Shown in pieces: positions 1 to 13,107 of a DNA stretch of 64,000 nucleotides (positions are counted from its first letter, which is position 1; every line of letters begins with the position of its first letter). The notes under the pieces are model-generated. The model saw only the letters and a list, made by a program, of their open reading frames with translations, searched no databases and was not told the origin of the DNA. The translations under genes were made by a program, and so were the position numbers. The DNA is taken from positions 1,302,001 to 1,366,000 of the forward strand of contig JAUFOQ010000001.1 of assembly GCA_040285855.1 (NCBI GenBank). Reading direction: 5' to 3'. This DNA is from Eukaryota sp. GEM-RC1 (lineage: Eukaryota).

Positions 1-160
1 CAAATCTTTTAGTTTTTTTGCCAAATCTATTTGCTATTAGGAACGTTTTCATTTTTTTTGTTGTAGTTTTGATAGCTGACCATAATAATGAGAGAAATTT
101 TCATTATTTACCACGAAGTTTCCCGAAAATACATAGATAAATTTCAAAACGGATGTCAGT

Positions 161-553
161 AAGAACCAATGAAAAATACAAATAAATAACAAACATAATC
201 AAAAAATCAAGATTACGACTACTAACAAAAGCGGTTTTTATAAAACAAGTGAATCAATTAACTAACATTGAATACTAAAACAAATTGAAACCATACGTGA
301 ATTTTTTCACTATCAACTCTCACAACAATATGACCATAAGAACCAGTGAAAAGTGAAAAATTGAAAAACTAAACATAATCAATGAATGAAGATTACGACT
401 ACTAACAAATCCAAAAGGCATTTTAAAAGTTAAAATAGTCATACGTGCATGAATCATCAAGAACATAAAAAAGCGGCTTTTATACAACAAATGGATCAAA
501 TAACTCATTGGGAATGCAAATACAAATTAAAACCATACATGAGCTCTTTTACT
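161..553. repeat. Degenerate tandem duplication (about 150 bp at 161-311 and about 215 bp at 338-553)
   Basis: Both units share collinear blocks: AAGAACCA.TGAAAA, AAACATAATCAA, AAGATTACGACTACTAACAAA, AAAAGCGG.TTTTATA, AAACCATAC.TGA. The second unit has an extra internal segment of about 60 bp. Confidence 0.7.
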
Positions 554-654
554 TTAAGATCCTATAATGTTGTTAAACCCAAAAACTACTACGAACACTA
601 CCTTTAACCATCAAACAATTGATTGTAGAAATGAAGTCATTTAATTTTAAAGTT

Positions 655-830
655 TGGAAAAAAAATCAATGGTCTTGTCAAACAATCCACCGTGAACAGA
701 AAAAACCAAAGGAACAATTTGCGAAACCAAATTCATTTCAATCCAAGGGGTGTTCTTCAAAATTCTCTTATTGAAAGCAAAATTGAAAGCTTCCTTTGGA
801 CAATGGTTACATCAAATGTAATTTGAACGC
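655..830 (-). mobile_element. 3' remnant of an RLE-type non-LTR retrotransposon (restriction-like endonuclease C-terminus)
   Basis: Manual minus-strand translation gives ITFDVTIVQ...AFNKRILK...IVPLVFSVHGGLFDKTIDF, matching the D-V-T...K...P-L-V-F...G-G pattern of RLE domains in CRE/NeSL/R2-type elements. Confidence 0.55.
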
Positions 831-1193
831 TCTCTCATACAGTTCTTCTTATTGATAGCTTTGTTGTTACAAGTGCACAAGAAACGTATAAGAGAACTTT
901 ATCAAGCTATGAATACAACAAAGGTATTGCCACGTGGCAACACTACCCTTTCGTTACAAGATATCCTGCAGCTATCTTATATTGGCTAATCATCAAAATG
1001 ACTTACAGCAGGAATATGACAGAATAACAAGACCTGGCTAATCGTTTCGATGCTTTCACACCGAACTTCTAAGAGCTTGACAGCACAGTCTTTTGCCAGA
1101 GACACTTCTTTGGTTATGGCTTGGAATTGTTACCTAAAGTCAAGGAAATAATATTTATTAAGAAAACAAATTCTAGTCTACACACCTACAACA

Positions 1194-1756
1194 CTACTTC
1201 TCCTCATTTGAGTGAGTCAAGAGGTTTCTAAAATAAGTTGTTTGTTCATTATCAGTAGTCTGAACCAGATTAGGTTCATGTTTGGGTTTTAAAGGACAAT
1301 TGGTGGCGATATGTCCTGGTTGCTGAAATTTGAAACATAAACGCTTTGACGATCGTCGACTAGAACGGAAAGGCAAATCTTGACATGAGGTGGAAACAGG
1401 TTCAATTGATGAAGATAGTCTGGATCGTGACTTCCAAGAGTCAGACCTCTCTAGATGAGTTAACTCATCTAGGACTATCGTTAGTTGGACGTCGTGATTA
1501 TAGAATTATCTTGGTGAACCTTGAGAGGACACTTTCTCGCAAAATGACCGGGTTTTTTACACTTAAAGCAAGTACCTTCTTGTAGCCTTGAAGAACGTGT
1601 GTGAGCCCTACTACGTGTCACGTCACTGCTCGGACTGGGAATGTCAGGGTCAAAAGGTCCAGTTATGTTGTCTCTTTTTCTCCATAATGAGACTCGGCGA
1701 GATCTACTAGATCTACTAGTTCGTCGGACAGGGTAGATACTAGCAACTACTACCAA
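1194..1756 (-). pseudogene. Gag-like/ORF1-like remnant with two CCHC zinc knuckles (retroelement-derived)
   Basis: One knuckle CFKCKKPGHFARKC and a degenerate one CFKFQQPGHIATNC. The tail NLVQ...YFRNLLT resembles NMVL...YFTNSLT of the ORF at 38485-38775. Same strand as, and upstream of, the RLE remnant at 655-830. Confidence 0.65.
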
Positions 1757-3079
1757 GCATATGATCCGTTATCTCCAGATTCCATAACAGTGGCAGTAAT
1801 TTGCATTTTTTTCTTCAAACGACGAAACTACTGAGGTAACACCATTGCTTTGAACTACAAAATTGTGGTGGGCAGCTCCCTTTGAGGAGTATCAGTCAAT
1901 AAATACTGCATAAGAATACTTTGCCACACTGGGACAGACCGAGTTAGTGACCTATTTTTTGATATCATCAGCTGCTTTGGCCAAGTGAACATTCATAGCT
2001 TGATCTGAACGGGAACAAACATATTTTTGGTCGACTACTTTGTTGGTCAGAGCATTATCAAGAGCAGAGGGAGCATTCCGGAACATCCATGTTTCTCTAT
2101 TTAATTGATTTATCGACTAAACATCGTAAAGAAGTGTGTTCACACCAACTCGCAATAAGTAAATCAATCTGATTGGGAAACGGAATCAAATAATCAGGAA
2201 TGGCTTCAGGGTGCCAGCTGTTCTGTTGACGATGGATTTGTGGCATGGAGCTCGATGAGTAGCTTCAGCTTCGAGTCGTTCTCTATTGGACATAGGTTTG
2301 TGAACATAGGTTTCTGAGTCAACTTCTTCTTGAGATCCCTAAGTTCAGCTTCTGTAGCAAGGCGAGCTTTTCTTTTCTTTCCTGGCGGTTCCTGCTAGTT
2401 CCTTTTTACAGCATTTCAATAGAATACGCATTACATTTGAGAAAGGGGGATTAAATATATGATCTTTGAAATGATCTCAGTGAAGTTGAAGATCAGCACA
2501 TTACAACCAGTATTGATGGGCAGGAACTGATTGAGAAGGGGCTGTTGTTGTACTTATGATACTTTGGCAAGACCGCTTCTGATGACCACACTGTGATTGA
2601 AATTGTTCTTGACGTTACTCCTAAGAATTACCATTTCCTTTTGTATTGGTTGTTAATGAAAACCACCCAGTAAACGTCGAGTCTTTATTGAAGTCACCAT
2701 GAGAAAAACAAAATATAAATACAAATAAAGTGCAAGATTATTACAAATACAGGATTTGTTTTTAGTTTGTGAGGATTTTTAAATGATGACGATGAATTTT
2801 GTGAACCTCAACGATCTACTTATATCAAATCCATAACAACTAAGTAGTGTTAAATATGAGCTAAATTCCGAACTAACGTGTGGTTGACTTAAATCAATCA
2901 AACTGCTTTTCACGAAGATCTTTTATGATCATTTGACAGACAGACAATTCCTAAACAATAGTTGTTTGACTTATAGCATTCGTAATAAACATTCTCTAAA
3001 GGTTCTCATAAATGTGATTATGAAGACTGACCAAAAAGAGACTGTTATAACCGAAAGCTTTACGTAGGTCCTATAACAA

Positions 3080-3591
3080 CAGTCAACTACCGAATAGAGC
3101 CGCAATTGACAGGGGCTCTAAATTTGAGCTCTGCCGAATAGACCCCGTTTCTGAGAATACATTGCAGCTTATTATTTGACATATTGATATAAAACATTCA
3201 CGAAAATCATTATTTACTATTTGATATTATCCGGCTATAAATGAGCGTAAATTCAGCAACGTCTGACACCAGCATAAATTTCCCACTCTTTTCAAAGTTG
3301 CTTTTTGGGTACTTTGAATCAGCTCCATATTGCCCAAAATTCTGTATATGGTCCTGCTTTTCAACGTCGGAATTTCGGTAGAGAACGTGTTGGAGAGAAT
3401 CCTGAAGTTGAAGTATTACAACCCTTGGAATTGCTTCAGGAAGATGTTGTTGCATAATATTAGTAGATCAGTTATTTATAACTACAATTACGACCTTTTG
3501 CTCTTTTCTGTACATATTCTTATAAAAAAACTCCCTAGATAATTTTTTGGCGCTTTAAATTAGAGCCCGGGCTCTATTCGGTAGTTGACTG
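3080..3591. mobile_element. Non-autonomous Tc1/mariner-superfamily (pogo/Tigger-like) element, 512 bp
   Basis: Perfect 22-bp terminal inverted repeat (TIR) CAGTCAACTACCGAATAGAGCC at 3080-3101 and 3570-3591. Right flank is TA, left flank is AA (possibly a mutated TA TSD). The internal peptide ...WNCFRK resembles pogo transposase C-termini. Confidence 0.8.
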
Positions 3592-4145
3592 TACGTGTTT
3601 ATAGAGACTGAGGTTGGTCCATGATAACGACGATTCTTTTATACTTATTTTTTTGTACCCAATACAAATGAATATTCTTAAAGTCTTGCAAAACATTACA
3701 ACCAGGTTCACTTAATATTTCCATTCAATATTGGTGACATCTTCAACAACAAAGTGAATCTACCTATTAAGATTGACCACTATGGTCTTCAAATGGATAG
3801 AAATGACAATTATATATCCATCTTAAATCGGTCTTAAATGAACTGACGTTGCTGTCTCTTTCGTATTGTTGCTACTTGCAAGAATAAAAAAGACATGGGC
3901 TGTTAAGATCTTTAAAGAATATATGTTTAAGTATATATATATATTTGTATAGGAGCTCCAAAAACTACAATGAGTTCCGTTGTTAATGCTTCAATTCACT
4001 CAGAAAGTTTTAGACGAAAATTTGTTCTCAGACACTGACGTCTGTTAAACACGGGCGAGATGGCTTTGTCCTGGACGAAAATCGATAGAACATTGAAGTT
4101 GACTCAGAAACTGTTGTAGGGTTCCGAGCTGAATTCTATGCTGTT

Positions 4146-4738
4146 TTGCCCTCCTACATTGAGAATTTACCCATTGCGACTCCAGAATCCTTCACAGATC
4201 TCGATATTGAACACGGTGCATTTATCAAGTGTTTTATTTGCTCTGCATCCAATCATAGATGGCCTTTCTGCCACCTAATAGCTACTGCACTAGATGGTAA
4301 CGGACAAACCTTTTCATTATCAAATACTGTCGTAGAAACTGAGTGGCATTGATACTTAACTCATGGCTGTGGTTTCTTTCGACATTGTTTTTAGCTTATC
4401 TTAACGAAATGTAACTGTAATCGCAGAACGCCAGGAGAGTCTTTTGAAAGCACTTAAAGAAGCTCTACCTTTGTGCCACCAAGCTCTTTGCGTTTGGCAT
4501 CTCGCTGAAAATGCTATTGGAAAAGGATCTAGACATTCTCGACAGTAAATATATAACTCGAGCAGTAAATAAATCAGGATTTCAGAAACTATTAGTAAAA
4601 CTTGGAACAGTATCAGAAGCAGCTAAGGTCTATGCAACGAATGTGGAATCTGCGTATTTCCCAGAAATCGACAAGGATTGGTCACTTCTTCTGGCTGAAA
4701 ATATGAACGCATGTATAAGTGATGCTAGAGAGAACTGA
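4146..4738 (+). pseudogene. Possible gag-like remnant (zinc knuckle CFICSASNHRWPFC)
   Basis: C-x2-C-x4-H-x4-C spacing, immediately upstream of a reverse-transcriptase remnant on the same strand. Confidence 0.35.
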
Positions 4739-4859
4739 ATGTTACACAAATGTTGGAAGCTATTAGATCTAAAATTGATGGATGGTTTTTACTAGAAGGG
4801 AAAGTATAATACAAAACGTTTGTCAAGTAGTACAAAGAAAACTAGACTTTGACTCCATC

Positions 4860-5370
4860 TTTGATGATCTGATAATATACTGGCCCTTAAAGACTCCCCA
4901 TGTTCTTCACCTATCGTCCTTGTCATATACCCTGATGGAAAGAAGCCTCGCTTAACTGGAGACTACTCTGGTTCTACAAGTATCAAGTCTTTGACTAAGC
5001 CTATCGACGCTCACCTTCCTAGTATCTTCGACATCTCCCTCTTCTTGTCTAAAGCAGATTATCGTGACTCTCGACTTGTCAAAAACGTTCTGGCAACTTG
5101 CCATTTGCGAAAAGGACTAATTCAAAACTACCTTGTTCATTCCTGGACGCTCTATTTACTTCAAAAGAGCTGCCTTCAGACTGAAAAAATGTCCCCGCAT
5201 TCTTCCAAAACAAAATGGAATCGACTTTCAACTTAACGAACGTCTTTAGTTACCTGGACGATGTAATCGTCACAACCGAATCCTTCGAGATCCTTCTTGA
5301 AACCTTTACTAACATCTTTACATAGAAGGTCCACGACATTAAAGCCATCTCTTGCCTTTTAAACGGCATT
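4860..5370 (+). mobile_element. Degenerate Ty3/Gypsy reverse transcriptase fragment related to the element at 39195-45376
   Basis: Read across frames: SSPIVLVIYPDGKKPRLTGDYSG...LPSIFDI...LSKA...TLDLSKTFWQ...IPGRSIYFKRAAF.LK...YLDDVIV. This parallels SSPICLVTYTDKAPRLNGDFSG...LPKIADI...AFWQ...PGRSISFTRAA...YIDD of the larger element. Confidence 0.85.
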
Positions 5371-6023
5371 TGAATGGTCATTAAAACCCAGAAACTAGAG
5401 TTTCCGGCCTGGCAGATGAGTGCCGCATATCTGATCATAGCATCGATCCATTTGACCTTTAATATCAGGAAATTTTTTAACCTAAGTAAGGATCAGGTGA
5501 TAGCAATCGCTGTAGTACCATTATTAAAGGTAAGTGCTAATACATTACAGCCCCCTCTAATTCCAATGACTTTTAACACAAAAGAATGGTAATTATAATT
5601 AATTGTCAGATTCTTACACAATCTCTGCTTTATGAAATATAGCAGATGTGATTGTCAATATATAAATGAGATCATAATAATAGACCAAAATATTGGCAAA
5701 CGATTCGAAATTATGATTCCATCGTGAATGTGATCCAAAATTTCAAACAAAATTAAAATTAGAACAAAAGCAAAAGAGTGAAATTCTGAATGGTGAAATA
5801 TTGCTTCATCCATCGATTAGAACTACACATACGATATGTTCAAAACAAAAGTCCATATAAAAATCTGAAATAATGAGTGCAACTGAACAAAGAACGTTTA
5901 GCAACAAGATAAAACTTCTGAAGAATAAAATAAAAACAGTGGCACAGTCGTTTTTTAAATTTGAAAATCAGAGTAATAAGGTGAACCTGTGTTTCCTCAA
6001 AATAACAATAAAATTTCAGACAA

Positions 6024-8458
6024 TTATTGTAAAACACAAGATTTTCTCCCATCACGTAATGTACTGGAGAAACTGTCTCCATCACTTTCAGGTAATTCCA
6101 AAACTCCCCTTACAGTGACAGAATTCACTCCAATGTTAACTTCTGCAAGAGGATTGTTCTTTCTTAAAGTACTTGCCAAATTAGATAGAGCTTGATTACT
6201 AAAGGAAAGGGAATGAAGATGAATGTTTCGAATGTTGGTAGAGGGATTGAGTCCAATTGAACTGATGAGCTCTGTTAAATCGTCATCATATAAATCACAG
6301 TCACTAAACTCAATAGAAGTCAAGGTGGAATTGATCCGTAACAATTTGAAAATGGCAACTCTGGTTTCAAAAGGTAAACAACAGTTTTTAAGTGTAAGAA
6401 CTTTGACACTAAATGACTGTAGGAAACATTGTAGAGAAGCAACGTCATCAACTGAAATGTTAGTGGATCTTCTGGGTGAAAATGTAAAAATTGAATTTTC
6501 AACATCAATAGCATGTGGACAAACACCATAATTCAATATTGTCTTGTTAATAGTACAAATTTTAAATAAATCAATAAGTCCTTGAAGACTTAGAGTACTG
6601 AAACCCAGACAATCAATACGTTTAATGGAAACGTTTGACTTCAGGAAATTTAAAATGGATATTAAATCAGAGTCACCAAGCTGATTATCATAGTGAAGGA
6701 TACCAAGAGAGAAATCTATAGAATCAGGAGAAATATCAATAATTGAAATTAAGTTTCCGTCTGAAAATTGTTTAAAAATATGCAGAATAGTTTTAATTCC
6801 ACTGTCGTTAGAACTGATGTTAATCAATTTTAGACTAGGATGATTCTGAGAAGCAGAAATAATTCTTAATAGATTGTCGTCCACTAGTCCGCATTTACTG
6901 AAGTCAATAGAAGTCAAGGAAGTGTTGATCCCAATTAAATCATACAAAAGGACCATTGATTCTTCTGCAAAAATGCAGTTACTAACAGTTAGCTCTTTGA
7001 TTTTCTTTCTGGTTGTCCTACCATTCATAAAGGAGTGTAGCGAGGTAAGGTGGCGAGGAGCAAGCGCTGTTAATCGTTTTGGGGAATAGCAAAGTACACC
7101 TTTTCAACATCAACAAAATGAGGAAAAATATTGAGGTCAAATTTTAAAAAATGTAGTTGAAAGGGCATCCATAAGAGTAACTAAACAACTTAAATCCAAA
7201 GAAGGAAATGAAACACTTTTCAAACGACAATTACCTTGCAATCCGTCAAAAATGTGTTTAAACTGCTTTGAATTAATAAGAGAACCGTCAACGGTTAATA
7301 CAATTAGACTAGAATTCTCTTGTAACATTTGCTTTAAAGACAATGCTTCAGGGTTCGTGAAAGGGACGGACTCAGCAGAACTAATTAAAACTAGTTCAAT
7401 TAAAGAGATGTTTGAGCCGAGAGATTTAAATACTATATGAGATAAATCAGACGAGTGTACAATCACTGCTTTTTTCAAAAAGGTATTGAAGTTTAAAACT
7501 TCTGAAAGAGAGTCGGCATCAATCAAATTTGACCAATTAGTAAAGTTAACATCCATGAGACGACGATTGTTTCTCAGAGCAGAAAATACACTATAAGCAA
7601 TATTCTTAACTCGAGGAAGTTTGAGATGTTTAAGCGCAGATCTTGTAAATAGTGGTAATAACATACTCGAATCTCTTACGTCAAAGTCAAACAAATTCAA
7701 GATAACAAGGTCAATATTGTCAGCAATTGCATTAAACAAATCCACTAGTTCACTCTCTAAAAGCACGTCACCATACGTGACATTAGAAATCGAAGCTGAG
7801 GTCAAGGTGTTTTTCAATGAAAACACCGCTGTCAGTTGATGAACCAAAGATGACGTCAACCGAGTGAATCTGATGTCTAAGTGCTTGATAGATGGATTTC
7901 TAATAAAGAAGTCAAGGAGAAGCGATAGAGAAGAACCAGACACAACAGTAATAGAGATTACTCGAAGAATAGAGAAGCAACACACGTGAACTTGGTCAAG
8001 AAATAGTCATCCATGGAGACGATGAAGTTCAATCCAGACACTATCTGAGAATGACCGATAATGTCCTCAACTTCAGTGGAATCGGTGATGTGGAATAAAA
8101 TTGATGACGTGTCAGCTTTGAAGAGAGAAGAGAAGAGAGTAAGTAGAAGAAGATCATTGGAGACTATTGGTAAGGTATTGCTTTGGAAGAAGTGCTTTAC
8201 TGAATAAAGAGCAGATTCAAAGAAACGTTGGCTAACGTAAGCAATCTTTTCAAAGAAGACGGGCAGTTCTTCTCTTAAACGGCGGAAGGGACGATCAGGA
8301 ACATCGTAATCCACACACAGGGAGTACTTAAAAAGGACTCGTAGCAAGTGGGAGTTGATATGCACTAATAGAGACTGCTCAACATGTATGGATCTAGGAG
8401 AGTGATTGTCATCCAGATACTGTGCGTCAGGGATCGGTTTAGAATCAGTGGATATGCT
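6024..8458 (-). CDS. RNI-like leucine-rich repeat protein; one gene split by several frameshifts (ORFs 7958-8365, 7137-7985, 6024-7028); start uncertain
   Basis: Repeated LxxNxxLxxLxL/IDFSxC units (NTSLTSIDFSKCGL, NSTLTSIEFSDCDL, NSSLIVLTVDG). The gap 7029-7137 reads IFPHFVDVEKGVLCYSPKRL if homopolymer indels are allowed. The frame stays open upstream of 8365 to a TAG near 8460. Confidence 0.75.
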
Positions 8459-10217
8459 CTAGTTGGTTACATCTGGAAGAGAGACATACTGTAATGATGG
8501 AAAAGAGATATCATATTCAGTATAATATGAGTTACCACTTCACAGTTGATTCCCTCTCTAATTCCACCTACGGTAAAGAAACAGTAAATTCCTGGTCAAT
8601 TCACTTTAGTAGATGTTATTGACACCGCAGATGTTGATAATTCAATAGCTTTGCTGATAGTAGTAACCCCAATATTCAACAGACACTAACGTCTCTTTAT
8701 CTGAAGTCACGTCTCAAGACCGACGTAGACGTGAAACACGTCTGCAACCTTAGAAATAAGTAGTGCTGTTTTGAAACTGTTGGTATTGTGTGTAACGTTG
8801 ACTGAGGTCAATGTATCTCCGATGTTATTGTAAACAGTTCTTTATCAAATGACATAACGATTAAACAACTGATTCCAATGCAAAGATTGTTTTTCACACA
8901 GGTTACAATTTAAATCAATATCCAGTCAATGATGTAAGTTCGTTCACCATTTTAAATCATTATTGCAAATTGTACCTGGTTTTCTTGGATTTTAAATCCC
9001 CTATACACAGACTTTGAACTAGAATTTTCAAAAGTTGTACTTTTGAAGAACAATTAATTTACACGTTACAAAAACGCCTTTTTATTTACTCTTACAAATA
9101 CAAACTATCATCAAAACTAACAAATGATATACAAATACCTCTCCATCATCTCAAATTCATGTGTCAATGCACAGAGACGGTTCAAAATCGAACACGTTAT
9201 TGTAAATGACGTTCTCGTATGACTGCTGACATTGTGTTAGCCAAAGGTATAAGTATAGTTACGTAGTCAGTATAATTCATTTATAAACATCTTTCCCTTT
9301 CCTTTTGTACTGAAGGTATCAATAATTATTGGCCATGGTAAAAGGTGAAACCATGCTAACCCGAGTCCTTCTAGTGAAGACTCGTCTAATCGTAGATTCT
9401 ATGAGTCAAGCTCATAAGATTCCGTTTCTTACCGATATAAGTCCTGTTTCAGGCATCCGTAGTCCCTCTCCTCCAAGGAGACCGAAGCTCATCTCGCTCG
9501 TCCAATTTGGAAGGCGGCAGAGGAGGTCTAACTTCCTCAGTAATAGACATTGAGTCTTTATTGAACTGCCACTGTGTCAGCAGAAAGTAACCTTGAACCT
9601 GTTTTTGTTTGTACTTTCTCATTATTCAGCCTGTTGTCATTGAGGTATTATTGAGTTATTTTACTGAACCACAAGTAGCATCTTCTTTAACCAATATTAA
9701 CAGTAGTACTGTTGTTGTTATTAAATAAAGAATCTGTATTGAACAGAGTACTACCAGTTCCTTAGGTGAGGTCAACTGAAGTGACTAACGAGATCATCTA
9801 TTTATCCGTAAAGGATACTACAATGTAGATCTCCAAGTCAACAACTTTTGGATATCCCATCTGAGGGTGGATGCCTATCATTGATAGAAGAACTCAATCA
9901 TTCTTCAAGAATTCACTCACATTCTGATGAATCCACAAGATTATTGATCAACATTTGTGTTGTTGGTTTTGAGAAGACCTTGAGTCACTTTGACAAGTGA
10001 ATTCATTTGAAATTTGTTGTAGGCAAAACTTTCGAAGTGTTAATTTCAAGAGTAAATCTTGTACTGGAACGAGCAGAACGTTTTAAAGTACTGATTGGAT
10101 TACGTAAGTATAGGTTCACCACTTCTTAACATCTTAATAAGATTGTGGACAGACATTTTTGTAACAAAACCCGTGGCATAGATGATAAAAGAGTTTCAGT
10201 TTTGATCGAGCTTCCAG

Positions 10218-11035
10218 CTCCTTCATCTTTACCTGAAGTTAGAAGTTAACTTGGTGCGTTAAATGATGTTCGTGAATGAATTCCGAATTATTCAAATTTG
10301 ACTGCTACAATCAATGAACTCACTCGTGGAAAACCAGTGCTGTCTGTTAGAGAGAAAACATTATTTTAAAGTCACAATCGTCATAATGAATTCAGCACGA
10401 GTCATCAAGCTCATCGATTCAGTCTTTAACCCAATCCTCTATCCACGGTTTAAATATCAGAAATTGCTTTTGGCTCTTGACTCTTCGTCAAAACTTTCAG
10501 AGAAACTTTTGCCGATCGTGGCTTTGTCTACCTTGTTATTACAGGTGGCCTTACTTGTTCATTACAGCCCGCTGGTTTCGGCTGTTGAAATTGAAGTTGG
10601 TTGAAGTCGAAGTCTGGATTACCTGTCCAAATACACCAACCACTCGTACTGGAAATTACAACAATCCTAGCATTGCAACAATGGCTTCCTCAGTGGTGCT
10701 AAGCTGGACTATCGTTACCCCAAAAGTAGTCCGAAACAGTTTTGATGTGGCGAAAAATCATTCCCGTCAATTCTTTCTGATTTTCCGCTTGTTGTTTCTT
10801 CACCTAGCTCTAACGTCCTTGTGCTCTTGGAAACTGACGAAATTCTACCAACACTTAGTCCAGAGCATACTCTTCAGGCTGTCAATTCAGAAGTGAACAA
10901 ACAAGTGGTAGAATGATTTCGACTGTAATAAGATTACTTGACTGGCTTGCGAGATACTTATTTAAATGGATCAATCAATCAACTTCTACACATCAGCTGA
11001 GTCGAACCTAATTTAGTGGTCAAATTTCTGTTACA
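10218..11035 (-). mobile_element. 5' remnant of a short-LTR retrotransposon (putative 112-bp LTR at 10924-11035 plus decayed internal sequence); inverted copy of 35705-36763
   Basis: High nucleotide similarity to the reverse complement of 35705-36763. Homology starts exactly at TGTAACA in both copies. The 10924-11035 segment has TGTAA...TTACA termini. Confidence 0.65.
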
Positions 11036-11141
11036 TTTGGAGAATTGTCGGCTCCAATTACTGTAGCTTCAGAACTCATAAATTAAATTAATACACTGCT
11101 TTAAATGAGAAGACTTATCAGCATTGAAAAAGTTATCAACT

Positions 11142-11790
11142 TTATTCAACGATTTCAAGTACAAGATCACAATCGGATAACTTAGCAGATGGATAATAAT
11201 TACTACTACTTAACCTGGGAAGAGTTCCTCCGAGACTAATTGAAGAATTGCCCACGGATATGATTGTTAAATAGTAAGTAATTAAATCTGCCCTAATTTC
11301 GAGTATGTCACCAGTATTCCACCTACGTTGCTTTCCTGAGAGACATCCATAAACCCAATTGCCATTGTGAAAACAGTGAGCGCTTGTATTACAATTTCCA
11401 TCAACACTGAACTTTGATTCGTCAATAACTCCAACTAAAAAGACCAGCGGTAGTCCCTGGTACCTCAACTTCCAAGTATAAACATTACTAGGAAGATGTG
11501 GATTTTCTCCCAAGATATTTCCTTCTACATGGGAGTGACTTTTTCACCAAAATCAACTCTCTTTCTGTCGTCACTTACTTGGAAACAAAGATGACTTTCT
11601 AGGTTGTGACAATTTAATTTGTTTAGGTGCTAGTTGAGTTTCTGTAGCTGTCTTTTTTAATTGTTCAATTTCTTGTTGTAATTTGGAAATTTCTTTAATT
11701 GTTTTGAAAATTTTGATCTTTTAAGACAGAATTTTCCTTTAATTGACATCAAAATAGATGTATCTGTGATAACTTTTGGTACAACGGGGA
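11142..11790 (-). pseudogene. 5'-truncated paralog of the BTB-coiled-coil-SPRY genes (linker plus SPRY-like module only)
   Basis: YTWKLRYQG...VGVIDESKF...GCLSG...GTLPRLSS.NYYP...LEIVE, with indels upstream. Homology ends next to an RLE retrotransposon remnant at about 11800. Confidence 0.8.
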
Positions 11791-11824
11791 AAGAAATGAT
11801 TTTTATAAATAAAATATAAGGACT

Positions 11825-12060
11825 TCAAAGCTGTCCCAACATATGTTTAACTAATCGAGAGAAATAGGAAGGCATATTCCAATAAATGGAAAACACTCTA
11901 CGGTTTTTCCATTTAGCCATTCTACAGTTAAGCTTCTTTTCTTTACAAAGTTCTTCGAAATCCTTGAAAAACTGATCACCAGCAGGACTAATCGATCCAA
12001 AAAGAGAAACAGCAAAAGATTGGAACACAAACTTGGAATACATGTGATACAATATAAGTT
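11825..12060 (-). mobile_element. 3' remnant of an RLE-type non-LTR retrotransposon
   Basis: FVFQSFAVSLFGSISPAGDQFF...WKNRRVFSIY, homologous to 15568-15774 and 61705-61950. Confidence 0.6.
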
Positions 12061-13107
12061 TAACTGTGTGTATGAAATACCAACTTGTCTAACAACAATC
12101 AGAAGTTCAATGCCACGTCAACAGTAGAATCTTGTGACTAACGATGTCTTTGTGTCTGGTTCTGAATTTGGAAATGTTTCCGTGTATTTCCTAGGTATAC
12201 ACCCCACAGTCAGTTAGTTCTACTGAAGTAGCCCGCAAAAGTATTAGAAATAGAAGAAATGAAGGAGAGATGAATCTACTGGGATGTTGAAGGTACATAC
12301 ATAAGAGCATCAGAAGAGGGAGAAGGCATAGAATTTTGTTGTTGTTGGGACCAATGAAGTTTTAAAAAGCAGTCGCCGGCGCTACGTTCTTTAATAGTGA
12401 GGTTGGCTTCATTACTCTCACTGATCGTAATGATGCCGTTTTAAAACCTCGGACTGTGGATGATATTATTAGGCGGACGTCAAATTCGTTAAATGTACCC
12501 AAAGTCTATGACAATTGACTTACATTGTGAGGATGATCAAACTGTATCACACGAAGGATCATTGATTGCAATCTGCGATTAATAAAGATGAATAGTGATT
12601 CCTAAATATGGTTCATTGGAAGTGAATGAAAGTTTAAATCAGGGTTTACCTTAAATGAAGTTTAACGACGACGATGACATACCAATTGTAGCACTGCAGT
12701 TCTAAGTTAGTAGAAGGAGACAGACTGAAACAAAAAGAACAAACTTAAGGTGTATTTGACATTGATAATATTAGAACCTCTCTGAACATGTTTTCAACAC
12801 AAAAAACTCAGAGAGACAGACAAGGAGGATGTAGATAATACAACGAGAGAGTAAAGAGAAAACAAGAACCTGGGTTGTTTCGTAATACTCATAAAGGTTT
12901 TAACAATACAAATACTATTAATAATTATAATAATATCTGAGTTCTAGAATAAAAATCATGCTATTGTTTGGTTTTAAGACTGCATCAATTTGTCAATCAA
13001 AAACAAATAGTCGTCATTCTACTCTAGTTAGCTTCCCTGTTACAGATAGTAATTAGAATCACTGCTTTAAAAAAGAATACTTACTCACAATGACAATGTT
13101 ATCAATT

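Noticed and set aside
13040..13107. Conserved 3' flank of SPRY genes containing GTAAG...AG, a possible tiny 3'-UTR intron
   Set aside because: Not retained in all copies; co-duplication of the flank explains the similarity.
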